DNA of 56,541 bases from Vicugna vicugna (GCA_013265495.1 MU058289.1:1240001-1296541), one strand, 5' to 3'. Counted from the stretch's first letter, positions 39,110-51,269 are shown. Made by a program: numbers and translations. The notes: generated by a model not told the origin, from the letters alone.

Positions 39110-39211
39110 TTATCTCCCGAAAGGGATCACTTGGGAAATGTTTCCTTGAAAAACCTCCTTCAAGTCTTCCCCTGCATAGGTGGTGCAGTCACTGCTGAAG
39201 GTGATGGAACC
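39110..39211 (-). CDS. SCGB2B: SCGB2B-like exon 3
   Basis: Acceptor ccctcccag|GGT; encodes GSITFSSDC...PFGR*. Confidence 0.88.
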   Translation of the reverse strand, partial: GSITFSSDCTTYAGEDLKEVFQGNISQVIPFGR

Positions 39212-41111
39212 CTGGGAGGGAGCAGGATGAGGAGGGACAGGACCTGAGCCCACAGCACGGCTCTCCTGTCTCCCCAGGATCACCTCACTGCTCATCCTCA
39301 GTGATTCAGCTCCATCCCCAGCAAGACCCTCCGGCCCACAGGCCCACCCCTGGACAGGGGGCTGCCATCAGGCCGGCTGGAAGGAGCACGGCTCCCTAAT
39401 CGTCTGTGCTCAGTTGTCAGGAGAGAGCTAAATAACCAGCCGTGCCAGGGAGGGGAGGAGATGGAAGGTTCTGGAGGGCATGGTGAAGGGCAGAGTCTGG
39501 GTTTCTCCTGTCCCTGAGCCCCTTCTGACAGGTGTATTGGGTGTACGGAATGCACATGCATTGTTATAAACAGTCTTGTGTGCCCTGTGTGCTCATATTA
39601 CTGCAAGAAATTCTGCTTCTTGGAAAACCTCTCATTTTGCAGAATCAGCACTTTGGGGAAAATAAGGTAAGAAACAGACTATGCAAAATATAAAATACTG
39701 TGTGACAAGAACAATTTTTAAAAAGATAGTTCATCAGGAGATACATTGGCTAGTCCTGGTGAGCAGATGCTTGCAGCTAGAGACTGCCCAGGGTCCTCAG
39801 GCACTAAAACAACAGAGTGGAAGTTCTGGCTTGTAGGCACTGAGACAGTGTAGGTGAAATGGGGCTCTGAGCCAGGGGACCAGCCATCAAAGTGGGCACA
39901 GGAGGAACTGAAGCTGGCCATGAGCCAGAACCTTACAAAGCCAGGGTGTCCCTTCCTGGGAAGAGAGTCTAAAGGCAGGGGCTCATTTTCAATATTCCTA
40001 AAACAGAATGGACAGGATTCTTATACATGCAGGAGCTGAATTCTTTCTTTCCTGCCAAAGATTAAAATTCTACCGCAGCGCTAGCTCCTCTAACCTAGGG
40101 AAAAAAATCACATGAGTTATTCAACACACTTTCCACGTTGCATTGATATTAGTCCCCTATTTTCCAATTGTGTGTGAGCTCATTGGCAAGACAGGTACAT
40201 ATTCTGTAGCAGCAGAGGCTAGATGTGCAGGTGGAATGTGGTTGCAATATTATATGTGCTGTAATGGAGCAAAGGTTTATGGGCTTCATCCTTTGTAGCT
40301 CTTGTCTCTCATGAATCCCATGACTCCGTGGTCAATTACTGTGTGACATATTGCAGTATGCGGCATGTATGTCATTAGGGTAGGGGTTGGGGGACAGTAA
40401 ATTACCATGAGGAGCAGATCCAAGAACTTGGAGGTAAGTCCCGCCTCATTGTAGCAATCCTGGATTTTCCCAAAGGCTGCTTTTTCCGGTTCAGTAGCAT
40501 TGACCTGATCGAGGGACTTGTCCAACAGTGTCCTTCTTCCAAGGGCCACTGTGCCAAAGATTTCATAAAAAATAGGGCAAGCTTCCACTGAAGAAAAAGA
40601 CAAAGAACATCTCATTAAAGGAATCAGCAGAGTAGAACGTCCCTGTTTACCCATCACTTGATAGTAACTTACATATATCCAGTGCCTCCAGACTCACCTT
40701 CCACAGAGACCCTCCCTCTCCCAGGACTGCTTACAAACCAGACAGAAAACATTCTCTATGAGGCACTCCCAGCAGGAGGGAGCAGTGTGAGGACCCAGGT
40801 GTTCCAGCCCGCCTGCTTCTTCCTTTCAGCTAATGTGTGCACAACTAATGACCCTTCCAGCTCCGAACCTTACCCTCCACTCAAAGACTGAGGGCTCGGG
40901 GAGTTTCTGCAGGGCTCCTGGACACTAATCTGCCTGCCACCCCCTACTTCTGTCCATCGAAGCTGCTTGGAGATGGCTACAGAAGGATGGAGTGAGATGG
41001 GGGGCACAGACCAGGAAGGCCACCTGCTCCCTCCTTCCTACTCTCACCCATCTCGAAGGCCAGCTCTCTGGTCATCAGCAAGGCCAGCACAAACAGTGGT
41101 CCCTTCATCAT
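39110..41111 (-). CDS. SCGB2B: Secretoglobin family 2B / Fel d 1 chain 2-like (ABP beta/gamma-like), spliced gene, 115 aa
   Basis: Exons 41111-41048 (64 nt), 40587-40406 (182 nt) and 39211-39110 (102 nt) with GT-AG introns of phase 1 and 0. Protein: MMKGPLFVLALLMTRELAFEMVEACPIFYEIFGTVALGRRTLLDKSLDQVNATEPEKAAFGKIQDCYNEAGLTSKFLDLLLMGSITFSSDCTTYAGEDLKEVFQGNISQVIPFGR. It has a signal peptide, CPIFY, the NAT sequon, KIQDCY, and three Cys spaced 41 and 25 as in Fel d 1 chain 2. Confidence 0.93.
40406..40587 (-). CDS. SCGB2B: SCGB2B-like exon 2
   Basis: ttcttcag|TG GAA GCT TGC ... ATG|gtaatt. Confidence 0.93.
41048..41111 (-). CDS. SCGB2B: SCGB2B-like exon 1 (signal peptide)
   Basis: gccATGATGAAG ... 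ATG G|gtgagag; missed by the ORF track. Confidence 0.9.
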
Positions 41112-41154
41112 GGCAGCTGCTGGAATGCTCTCCTCAGGGAAGGGTTTCTGCTGC

Positions 41155-41160
41155 TTTATA
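41155..41160 (-). promoter_or_regulatory. TATA box of the SCGB2B-like gene
   Basis: TATAAA on the minus strand ~44 nt upstream of the ATG. Confidence 0.8.
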
Positions 41161-42104
41161 AACTACTAGCTCCCTGAGCCCAGCCCTCACCCCTCCCGGG
41201 AGCTCTAAAGGCCTGTGGGGAGGGACCTGGCACGAGTGGCCCCCCCCCAGCACTTGAGGTGTGCAGTGTAAGAAGCCCAGCAGAGCTCCTGGAGATGTGG
41301 TAGCATCCTTGCCAACTGGAGCTGACATTTCTCAGTGACTCCTTTCTGAGCCAAATGCTCTGTTGTCCCAGCCTCAGCCATCACCTGTATTTCCTTGTCT
41401 TCCTTCCCCCAACTCATCCTGGCTCCAAGGGCAATACTTTCCCAAATATGGAGATGAAATCACAGGACGGGTCAAGGACAGGGCGTCACTACTACAGGTA
41501 GACAGAAGATCATCCAGAAACCTTACTTCTGCCCAAGTTTAGGTCCTGGAGATAAGAATGGGGAGCAGGGCCTGGCGGAAGTCCCTGAACATCTCAACTG
41601 CTGCAGTGTCTGGACTGGGCCCCCAGGACACGTGGACGCCCTCCTTGGGCTCTGAATGATTCCCTGCCAGGGAAGTCGCAGGGCTTGTATCCATGGGCTT
41701 TTCTCAGGGGCTAGTGATTCTGCAATTTGGGATCTTAGCACCAGCTTCCCTCTCACTCTAAGGGAGCCAATTCCTGGCCACCTTCTTGACTCGCAGCGGC
41801 CCCACCTTGGCCCTTCTCCTGGATGTCTCACCCTCCTGCTTCAGTGAACCTGGCCCCAAGAGATGCTTGGACTGCATCAAAAACATCAGTGAGCAGTTGT
41901 AGCTTGTGTGGTCTGTCTCCTGAGTCAGGGACACTGAGGTCCACAGCCCTGCAGGCTACTGTGGACTGGGGTTCTACAGACCAGAGGGCTGGGTCAGCCA
42001 GAGGTGGCACCCCACCTGCTTAAGACTCTCTCAAGAGTCAAGCTCAACGTTTCCTCCAGCAAAGCAGCCTGTTGGCACAAAGAAGATGAGATAGTCCATG
42101 AAAC

Positions 42105-42900
42105 TTGAGCAGAAGGAAGCCCAGGAAAGCTCCCAATGGCAAAATCAGAAACAGTTTGATCAACAAAATGAATGACATACTATTAGGTGATAACACGAGG
42201 TATAAAATAATATGCGTGAGTCCATACTGACATAAATAAATGATTTAATAGATGAATTAACTAATGGGGGAGAAAGACAAATATTCCTCACAGAAACACC
42301 CCAAATAATATATGTAGATACACCACCTCCAGGAGGCGGAGCTTACTGCCCTTCCCTCCTTGAGAATGGGCTAGGCTAAGTTACTCATTTCCAAAGAAGA
42401 GGGTAGGGAGAGGGGAAAACAGTGCAGAAACTTGGTAGACACACGAATCAATTAATCGAGGTTAACAGAATCAGTGGTAAGACATACCGTTGTCATGTAT
42501 ACCCTCCTGGGAGGTGACTCTCCACCTCTGGCGTGTGCCCCTCAACCCACAGTCTGAGTCCTGGTCTAATTTATGAGAACAACAGCAAACTCAGCTTGGG
42601 GACTTTCTGTAACACCTGGCCAGTCCTCCTCAAGACCGCCAAGAGCTTGACAAAGAAACATGAACAACTGTCACAGACCGAAGGAGACCGGGGAGACATG
42701 GCAATGACTGCAGTGTGTCTAGGCTGCGGGCTGGATCCCGGAACACAAAGAGAACGTCAATCGACAAACTGGTGAAATCCAAACCAAGTCTGGCGTACGG
42801 TTAATAGGAAGGTACTAATGCCAGTTTCTTGGTTTTGGCAAATCTTTGCAACGTTTCTGAAAATCTAAAATTCTCCCCAAATAAAATTTGATTTAAAGAA
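42105..42900 (+). mobile_element. L1MC-type 3' end
   Basis: atggcaaaatcagaaacagtttg...gagtccatactgacataaataaatg...tttctgaaaatctaaaattctccccaaataaaa. Confidence 0.65.
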
Positions 42901-43679
42901 AAGAACTTCCCTTAGGAAAGGACTGATTCCACTGCAGCTGCTGAGTGACCTCATCCAGCACCTCCCCCCAACCTAACCACGTGTGCCCACCCCATGGGGA
43001 TGTCTCAGATGGTCTTGTGGCACCCTCGGCAGGGCACTGGGCTGGATATCAGCGACCTGTGTTATCTCAGCGCTCCAAGCCCTGGCTTTGTCATCTCACA
43101 GAACTTGGGGGGGGTGGGGGGTGTCTTGTGAAGAACAGCAGGCATGTGACCTATGCCCAGGGGACCCACCACATTGAAATTCTGTCCCAGGTAGACAAAG
43201 AGCAAGCATGTCCCTCCTGGGGCATATGGCGTTCACTTTCCTGCCCAGGAACCTCTGAGGCACACCTGCAGTCACCTGGACCCCTCATGCGGTGACCTTC
43301 AGAGGTACAGCCCGCAGGCATCAGTAGCCATGGCAAGGAGAGGCTCCGCAGAGGCCAGCTGACAGCTGGAGCTCAGTACCTGGGGCCACTTTGCCAATAG
43401 CAGTTACCGGATGTGAATCCTATTTGGCATACGCTTCTGATTGTCATCACAAACCTGTGTCCCAACTTCAGCTCGGGGCTGCAGCCAACCTTCTCCCACA
43501 GATGGCTCAGAGAAAAGGTCAGTCAGGTGTCTCCAGCAAAAGCTACTTCATTCTGACTTATCTAAATATTTTTAAACTTTACCTTGTTTGTTTAATCCCA
43601 GGCAATATTCATAAGCATATGTATAGCAAGCAGAAGTACAGATGGTCTTGTTGATCAACTTCAGAAAAATGGGATATTC

Positions 43680-44460
43680 CTTCCATTCATCTAACAAACG
43701 CTGGTGGAGCGCCTACTGTGTGTTGGCCCCTGTCCCTAGCCCTGAGGAGGCGGCAGCACACACAGCAAAGTTCTTGCTCATGTGGAGCTCATTACACGTC
43801 TAAGAGGGAGTGAAAGGCAATCCGCCCACAACAAGAAGTGCTGTGGAGGAAGGTGAAGCTGGAGAAGAGAGGGCCGTGGGGGGAAGGAGGGAGGCAGCGC
43901 TCTTTGACATAAGGGGTCAAGAGTATGGGGAGATCTCTCTGACAGGTGATATGTGAAGAGACTTGAGGAATTAGGCGAGGAATCACGCAGCCACTTGGAG
44001 GAAGCGCACTGCAGGCAGGGAGGGCGGCACATGCAAAGGCCCTGCTGCAGGCGCATACTTGGCCTGGTCAAGAGGCAGAAAGGAGGCCAGTGAGGGAGGA
44101 GAGAACGCAGGGATAAATTCAGAGAAGCAGCAGGGGTGGGGGGCTGGTTGTGCAAATCTACCAGAAGTTCTGGGATTAGAAGGGGCTTGGCTTTTCCTTA
44201 GGCTGGAGCTCTGCACGGGGGATGGTGCGAACAGGCCAGAGACACTCAAAAGAAGAAGCAGGCTGGGGAAAATATTGTGTGTGCTGTCAAAGTAACCAGG
44301 TGTCAGGACTTGGACAACAGACAACTAGAACTTCTGGGCCAGCAGGTAGGGGGATTCAGGGCTCCAGAAACAGATTTAGGGGGTGGCTCAAGGGAGGCCG
44401 CTGAGCAGATCAAGGACAAAGTGATGAAAGCGGGGCAGGGCGGGAGCCACAGGAGAGTCT
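43680..44460 (-). mobile_element. L2 LINE fragments
   Basis: cattcatctaacaaacgctggtggagcgcctactgtgtg; gcacatgcaaaggccctg...aaggaggccagtgagg. Confidence 0.65.
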
Positions 44461-44917
44461 GACCAGGGTTTCAGGGCTTGAGCGCTGCCTTTCCCTCGGC
44501 ACTTACTAGCTGTGAGACCATTGGCTAAGCACTGACTTTCCTGAAAACTCCATGAAGTCAAGACCAGATTGTTTTCAAGGTCGCAGCCAATTGTGACAGG
44601 CTGGCACCGGCCATCACTCAGGAGGCCTCTTTTGGGAGTCTTTTGTCCCTTGTTTCAGTCAACCTGGGAAATTTCCGTTGCTGAGCCTCACCTGACCCTC
44701 GCATGGAGCCCTCAGGATGGGAAGGGAGGCTGAGCCGGTGCCCTTGTTGGCTCAAGGACTTAGCATCTCGCCAACACAGACAGCTCCTCCCTGCACGGCC
44801 CCAGGCAACTGCAAGCTCTGGCCTGGGCGACGCCTGGCAGTACCTCCAGGAAAAGGAAGCATCAGACACAGCCCCCCACCCCGCCCCCCCGGCCCCCACT
44901 GTGGAACCAAAGGCAGT

Positions 44918-44924
44918 TATAAAA
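44918..44924 (+). promoter_or_regulatory. TATA box of the SCGB1B-like gene
   Basis: TATAAAA 45 nt upstream of the ATG, preceded by the GC box ccccgccc. Confidence 0.85.
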
Positions 44925-44962
44925 GGGCCCCAGGTGGGGAGGGAACACCTGGTACCTGCACC

Positions 44963-45023
44963 ATGAAGCCGGCTGGAGCTCTCCTGCTGCTCGGGGCTGC
45001 CTTGCTCCTGATCTTAGGCGGAA
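44963..45023 (+). CDS. SCGB1B: SCGB1B-like exon 1 (signal peptide)
   Basis: gcaccATGAAG Kozak context; GGA A|gtgggc donor. Confidence 0.9.
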
Positions 45024-46316
45024 GTGGGCGGCGGGGACATGGGTTCCCCAAGGGTTCTGGCGCCTTCCCAGGGCAGCACGAGCATGTTGGGAGAGCAAAA
45101 GGGAAGAATGCGTTGTTTCTTTCAATGAAGTGTCACCTTATCTTTGTGTTTCAGATTGTGACATATGCCCAGCCGTGAAGGACGATGTCAACAGGTTCCT
45201 GGTTGGAACCCCTGAAGAATATATTGCAACAGTGAGACAGTACAACTCAGACAGCTTGATAGAGGCCAATGCTAGGAAGCTGAAGAGCTGCGTTGATGGG
45301 AAGCTGACAGAGGAGGATAAGCAGAATGCTCTCAGCGCTCTGGTGGGTCCGGCTGTGTGTGTCTGTGCCTCTGGCGCCTGTCTGGGCGGGTCTGCTCAGG
45401 GCAGTGGGAGGTGCGGGAACTCATTTCCCTCTCCACCGTGGCCCTTCCCTGGGCATCTGGAAGGAGAAAGAACCTCATGAATGAGGGGGTAGAGAGGGTG
45501 GGGCAGACACCCACAATGCAGGAAAAAATCGGGATAATTCAGTCTAGTCCATGAGCTCCTGAGCTGGCCCTGACTGCTCAGCTCTGCTGGGCCACAGGCC
45601 TGGGACACTCCAGGCCCTCCTGTCTCTGTGGCCCCACCTGGCCTCGGTGTTAGGCCCATAGTTCTGGCCTCCCTGACTCCAGCCTCTCCAGCACATGAAC
45701 CTGGATGTTCTGTAAACCACTGGCACTGGGTACTTTCCTTCTCCAAACATCAGTTCCTTTACCTTAAAGCCACATGTCCCTTACTCCATTCCATCTAAAA
45801 ACCACATTTGTCCTTATTCCCTGGACCTCAAAGGGCCATTCTGTGTCTTCCACAAGTGCCCTCCTGCTCTCCCCAGGCCTGGGATGCCCAGAGTGGAGGA
45901 TCAGAGTGAATCCGCTCTCTGCTGCCCCAGGAGGTGGTGGGAACAAGCTGCTGTTTCAGGGCCAAGTGTCCAAGGGGCAGATGGAGGAGACAGACTGGGG
46001 TCAGCTCCCAGGTGCCCACTCCGGAGCCCTGCCAGGTTGACTTCAGCAGCCTCTCCCTGTTCTGTCCTAGGCTGCCCAAACCCCACCAGGGATACCCCTC
46101 TTCTCTCTGTTCCATGGGTGGAAGCTTCACTGGGAGGAATCCACCTTGACTTGCTCAGATCCAGAGGCCACCCTCCAAATAAGCCTGCGGGCCCCTCTGC
46201 AGGGAGTGCCTGGTGAGCATTCAGAGCAGCTCGATGTCTCTTGTACCCCTGAGGCCTCACCATGTTTCCTGACCTTCTGTTTACAGGATAAAATATACAC
46301 AGATCCTTTGTGTTAA
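44963..46316 (+). CDS. SCGB1B: Secretoglobin family 1B / Fel d 1 chain 1-like (ABP alpha-like), spliced gene, 92 aa
   Basis: Exons 44963-45023 (61 nt), 45155-45342 (188 nt) and 46287-46316 (30 nt), GT-AG introns. Protein: MKPAGALLLLGAALLLILGGNCDICPAVKDDVNRFLVGTPEEYIATVRQYNSDSLIEANARKLKSCVDGKLTEEDKQNALSALDKIYTDPLC. The 70-aa mature chain has Cys3/44/70 as in Fel d 1 chain 1. Confidence 0.95.
45155..45342 (+). CDS. SCGB1B: SCGB1B-like exon 2
   Basis: tttcag|AT TGT GAC ATA TGC ... CTG|gtgggt; 188 nt. Confidence 0.95.
46287..46316 (+). CDS. SCGB1B: SCGB1B-like exon 3
   Basis: tttacag|GAT AAA ATA TAC ACA GAT CCT TTG TGT TAA (DKIYTDPLC*). Confidence 0.92.
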   Translation, partial: DKIYTDPLC

Positions 46317-46430
46317 TGGAGCCAGCCTTGCCAGGGACCCCAAGGAAGCCACTGGCCTGATCACTAAGTAGTCTCACAACCTGCCACGTCCAGGTGTCCA
46401 TGTCCAGGTGTCTGATTATAGGATTCCAGC

Positions 46431-46436
46431 AATAAA
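46431..46436 (+). terminator. Polyadenylation signal of the SCGB1B-like gene
   Basis: AATAAA 115 nt after the stop codon. Confidence 0.82.
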
Positions 46437-46679
46437 AGCCTTGCAGCTCACAGGAGAGTGCTTACTCACTGGCCACTGGGCTTCGGGGTGGCAGGGGAGG
46501 AGGGATATGCCTACACTGGAGACCAGCAGTGTGCCTTCCAACTGCAGCTGGATTTGAATGCTGTCAGCTGTTATGACCCCACAGATTCCACAGGTGGGGG
46601 TGGGTGGGGACAATGAGAACAATCAGAGTGCTTGGTCACTTCTGTGACCAGGACCCACAGGCCATGTGCATGAGCGACT

Positions 46680-46800
46680 AAATTTTAGCCTCCCGGCAAC
46701 CTTGAGAGCCAAAGGTAACCATTCCAGTCTTACAAATGAAGAAACTAAGGCTCAGAGAGGTTAAGTTCTAGCAAAGATGACACAGCTCCCGGGTATCAGA
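46680..46800 (-). mobile_element. MIR fragment
   Basis: cttacaaatgaagaaactaaggctcagagaggttaag. Confidence 0.7.
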
Positions 46801-48299
46801 ATCTCTGCCCCCCCAGCCCCGCCCCGTCCACAGCTGGGGAGACAAGTTCGGCCAACACACCGGAGGACCCCACACATCTCAGAGGCCTTCTTTGGGCCTC
46901 TGCTTCCCACTTACAAAATGGAAATACTTCCAATCTCCAAGGCTGTGGTGAGGCCAAAGTGAAATCATGGGTGAGAAGGGGCCCCTGTTCTAAGGGCCTG
47001 ACAGGAGAGAAGGAACAAAGGGTCAAGGTACCAGTGCTGAATCTGGTCACTTCTGGCACCTCACTTTATCCTAACGCCAACCACCCAGTTGTGGATTCAG
47101 CTGCATCCATGTAAATACACTGTAAGTTGGGTCTAATGCTCAGAGGGGACGTCCAAGGGCTGAGAGCTTCCAAGGCCACCTGCAGCTCTGCTCCATGACC
47201 GTGATTCTGGACCTTCTCAGGCCCCTCTGTCGCCCTGTCTGATTCCTCTTGGCCTGACCCCCACCACCTCTCTCATAGCTTTATCACAACTGGAGCTCCC
47301 CCCGAGAAGTCTGCTGGCGCACACCACAGAGCTCTGCACGGCGGAGGGGGGCGGCGATCTCTACAATCTTCACAGTGAGGAGGTTAGGAAAGGTCCCCAG
47401 AGGTGAGCCAGGGCCGCTGTTTCTCTCTGGGGGTGGCAGGGGATGGCCACCTTGCCCAGAGTGAGACCTGGCTCTAGGTCTATGCCCCCCAACTCCGCCT
47501 TCCTCAGGGTCTGGCTGAGGGCTCTTCTGAAATGGAGCGCTGCCTCTGAGGGCACTAAGTGGAGTTTAGGGGGTACGAGCAGGGCGTGGGGCAGGGGATT
47601 TGTATTCCATCACTCCCACGTCCTACAGATGTAAACGCCCCAGGGCTCCTGAAAGCAGAGTTGCCACTCCAGAGGAGTTGGGTGGGTCTTATCCTGTCTT
47701 GGGTAAAGACTCACCCTGCTCTGCAGTGAGTGTACAGGTGTGACAGTGATCCATCCAAAGACAAGGTGGGGACAAATGCGGGGCACTTTGTCCTCACCGG
47801 GACACAATCTATATCTGGGCTGTTGCTCAGCTCCCACAGAACTCTGTAGGGGCTGCTGGGGAGACCCCTCAATATTGTCCCCATGCTCCCTCCCGTCTCA
47901 CTGCCCTCCTCCAACCTACAGAATCGTTATCTAATCTGGGGTTCAGGGAAAAGTCAGAATCAGGTGTTCTCCCAAATCTTTTTCCGTCTAACATTCAAAC
48001 CTCAAATAGTTCAGAAGCTAAATGTCAAAAACCTGTGGCTTTTGATCTCTGACTCTTACACACATTTGCCTCTGAGATCATAGAAGCCCCACCTTGTTTC
48101 CGCCTACCTTGACCTGAATTCACCCACAACTGTGTGGATGATCCCCCACCAGCAGACGTCTCCGCTCCTCACACACTTGCATCTGTTCCCTGTGTGGTGG
48201 CTTTCTCCAGCACCAGGGAGCCCGCTGAACCGTTGTCAGGCTCACTCCAGAAGTGTGGAGGAAACCCTCAAACACTACAGCCTCCTTGACTCCTGGCTG

Positions 48300-48505
48300 G
48301 TCTATTTTGAGGTGAGGTTCTACACAATCTCTGAAACGTGCCCAGTGGCCTTGAGCCCCGGCTGCCCACCTACCCAGCTTTTCCCACTTGCCTGTTTCAC
48401 TTTCCTTAGTTCCTTACTTGAGCACCTGAGATCACCTCCCAAATAAACTGCCTGCCCCCAAGTCCCTGTGTCTGGGTCTCCTTTGGTGGGAACACAAACT
48501 ATCAT
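48300..48505 (+). mobile_element. LTR16-like (ERVL) LTR 3' end
   Basis: cctgagatcacctcccaaataaactgcctgcccccaagtccctgtgtctgggtctcctttggtgggaacacaaact. Confidence 0.6.
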
Positions 48506-50379
48506 AGCGACCCATGTCCATCTGCCTGATCAGGAAGGACAGGGATTCATGCAGAGGAGGCCCAGTGAAGGAAGCAGGAGGAAGGGAGTGCGATACCCCA
48601 GCTGATCCTTCAGAGGCAGCATCCACTCTACGCAGACAACAAGGAACCCTGGCAGGAAAGGAAGGTGCCCTCTTGCCATGTATTTCTCCAGGGACTTCGC
48701 ACTGTGCAATTCCCACACCGACCTGACAAGGATGTTTTGGGGCGCACCCTCAATTCCAGCCCACGGGAATCCACTGAGGGATTCCAGGCAGAAGTACACA
48801 TTGCTCCACTGATCGAGACCTGGGAGCCAGAAAGAGAAAGAGAGATGGGAGCAAACTCTGGTGCCAGGACAGAGGCAGCAGGACCAAGACAAGCCCCAGC
48901 AGAGAAAAGCCCTACATTTTAGCACACAGCAGTGGACAGGGCTAGCCCCCATGACTGCAGTGAAGAGCTGCATTGATAAATGCACTGCACTTCAATCTTA
49001 GCTGCAAGTTACCCTTTAATTCCTTTTTTTATAATTATTACATAGAATTGACTACTGTTTCACAACTATGACATATCTATACTCATCCTTAGGCTAGCTG
49101 TGCTGATGAGCTCAGGACTCAGGAAAACTAGCCAGGGCTTCACACCCAGAACGGAAGGGGTCCACTTGTAAGAGGCAGTGTTCTTTTATGTGCTCCAAGA
49201 GGGTCTCCCCCAGGACACACAGTATTTAGCAGATCCTGAGAGGTGCTCAGCAGAGGAAATAGTTGAATGAGACAGAAACACATGCCCTGATGAGACAGCA
49301 TTAAACATGCATGCAGATTCATCATCACCATTCTTGGATTATTCACATAATTGCAAACTCACCTCCTGGCTAGACAAACAGACCCCACTTTTGAAGCCTA
49401 CAGAGATGCACACAGCCCCCTGCCTGGGCAGCAGGGGCACAGACACTGGCCTGGGCCAACACAGCATCGTCAGATGAAGAAGCCCTGCTCACCATAGCAG
49501 GGCAAACGCAGACTCACATCACCACTCTTTCCATAACAAAGCCAGCTTTGACCAGACACACAGGATGGGCACCGACACAGGAGAACCTTACACGCTCAGT
49601 CCATGAGGGATAGGCCCATCCTACATGCTTTCAGGAGAAACACAGAAGGAATGATAATAAATCAGAGAGATATCGAAATCATTTAGGTCTAGCTGTCTGA
49701 GTGAAAAAAATTAGAGCAAGGCCCAAGATGACTGGGGAAGCCTCAATCTAAGAGTGACCTTACGAAGAGGCCAGGAGGAATCAGGCACGGCAGGCTCCAG
49801 GCTGATCATGAAAGTCCATGGCAACTCTGCACAGTGGCGCAGTGTGGCGCACCGCCGTGTGGTGCACAGTGTCCTCACTGCATAAGCACAGGCTTACAAA
49901 ACGTCCTACCTCAAACTGAGTAAATACTTTAAAGTAGGGGGGAAAATAGTGAAAAATAAATTTCTGGTTCTCCTTCCCTTCTCAAATGCCATGAAAATTA
50001 GAGTAAAGGAATTTAAAAATACAAGTCCACAAGGACAAAGAGAACCATACAGGGGGTTATCACCAGATGACTGAATGTAACACTTTAGAAGACCGAAAGC
50101 AGAAAAAGATGTGGTGACTGTAGGCAGCGAAAGCCACATCTAATAAATAAGACAGAGCCAATTTTTCCTATATTATTCCAGAGAGATTTGGATTTCATAG
50201 GCACTAGGCAATGCAGTGGGTAAGAATAATAAAGCTGCAGAACTGAAAAGAGGCAAGTGATGTGAAATTTCCGTGTGGAACCACTGAAATCTTTAATCTC
50301 CCAAGATCAGGGACCCTGGAGTCATACTTTATGGGTCCAAAATTGTTTGCACTCAAAACCAGTCATTTGAATGGTAGCA

Positions 50380-51260
50380 CTGTAAGTTATAAAGTAACAA
50401 AGGAGTGTCTTCAAATTGTTAAGGAAAATTATTTCCAACTTAGAATTCCATCTCTAACAAACTATCCATTCAAATCCATAAAATTCACTTTCCTTGCATC
50501 ATTTCTCAGGAATCTACAAGAGGATGTACTTCACCAAAATAATAGAAGAGACCAAGAAATGAGAAGACTTCAGAATTGCCAAGATTCTGCTGAAGGGAAA
50601 TCCAAGAACAAACACTGCATCAGGAATGGAAAGCCATCAGTTCGGATTGGAGTCCAGCAGGATGGGAGACTCCAGGAGATAACTCTCTAGGAAGAGAAAA
50701 GGTAGATCAATAGATTGCTTTATGTTTTACATTCAATCATATGAAGAAGAGTTTTGATTTCCCCTGAAAGGGTCTGGAGATAATTTAGTAAAATGCAGAT
50801 AATAACAAAGTATGAGCAAGTCTAATCTAACAATGTATAAAAATATATATTTTGTTTTTAAAAGTTTATTTTATTCTAAGAGTGCAAACATAGTTTAGCA
50901 TTACAAAAATGTATAATTTACTGCATAAACAGACTAAAGGAGAAAAATCATGTGATCATCTCAATTGATGCAGAAAAACAGATTTCATAATACTAACTAG
51001 TTATTTATGATTTTTAAAAAAACTTAACAAAATGGGAATAAAAGAGATCTTCATAAGCATGACAAAGTGCATTTATAAAAAACCACAATGAACATCATAT
51101 TTGATAGTAAAAGATTACAAGCAGTCTATTTAAAATAAGAAACAAGGTAATGATGCTTATATCATTGCTTCTACTTAATAGTATACTACGAACCAATTGA
51201 GTAAAAGAAAGTATGACATCAAGGAAGTAGAAAAGGGATAAACAATTAAGACTATCAGCC
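50380..51260 (+). mobile_element. Ancient L1M ORF1/ORF2 fragments
   Basis: KENYFQLRIP (ORF1-like); actaaaggagaaaaatcatgtgatcatctcaattgatgcagaaaa (ORF2 RT). Confidence 0.6.
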
Positions 51261-51269
51261 CAGAGGTGT

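Noticed and set aside
40286..40657. 123-aa single-exon ORF
   Set aside because: It is SCGB2B-like exon 2 extended into the flanking introns.
44717..45480. ORF-track proteins of 153 aa and 116 aa
   Set aside because: They are read-throughs of SCGB1B-like exons 1 and 2 into promoter and intron sequence; the spliced model explains them.
46600..49900. Many 60-150 aa GC-rich ORFs, or a further secretoglobin copy
   Set aside because: No secretoglobin Cys pattern, domain or coherent splice structure found; the region contains MIR and LTR16 remnants.
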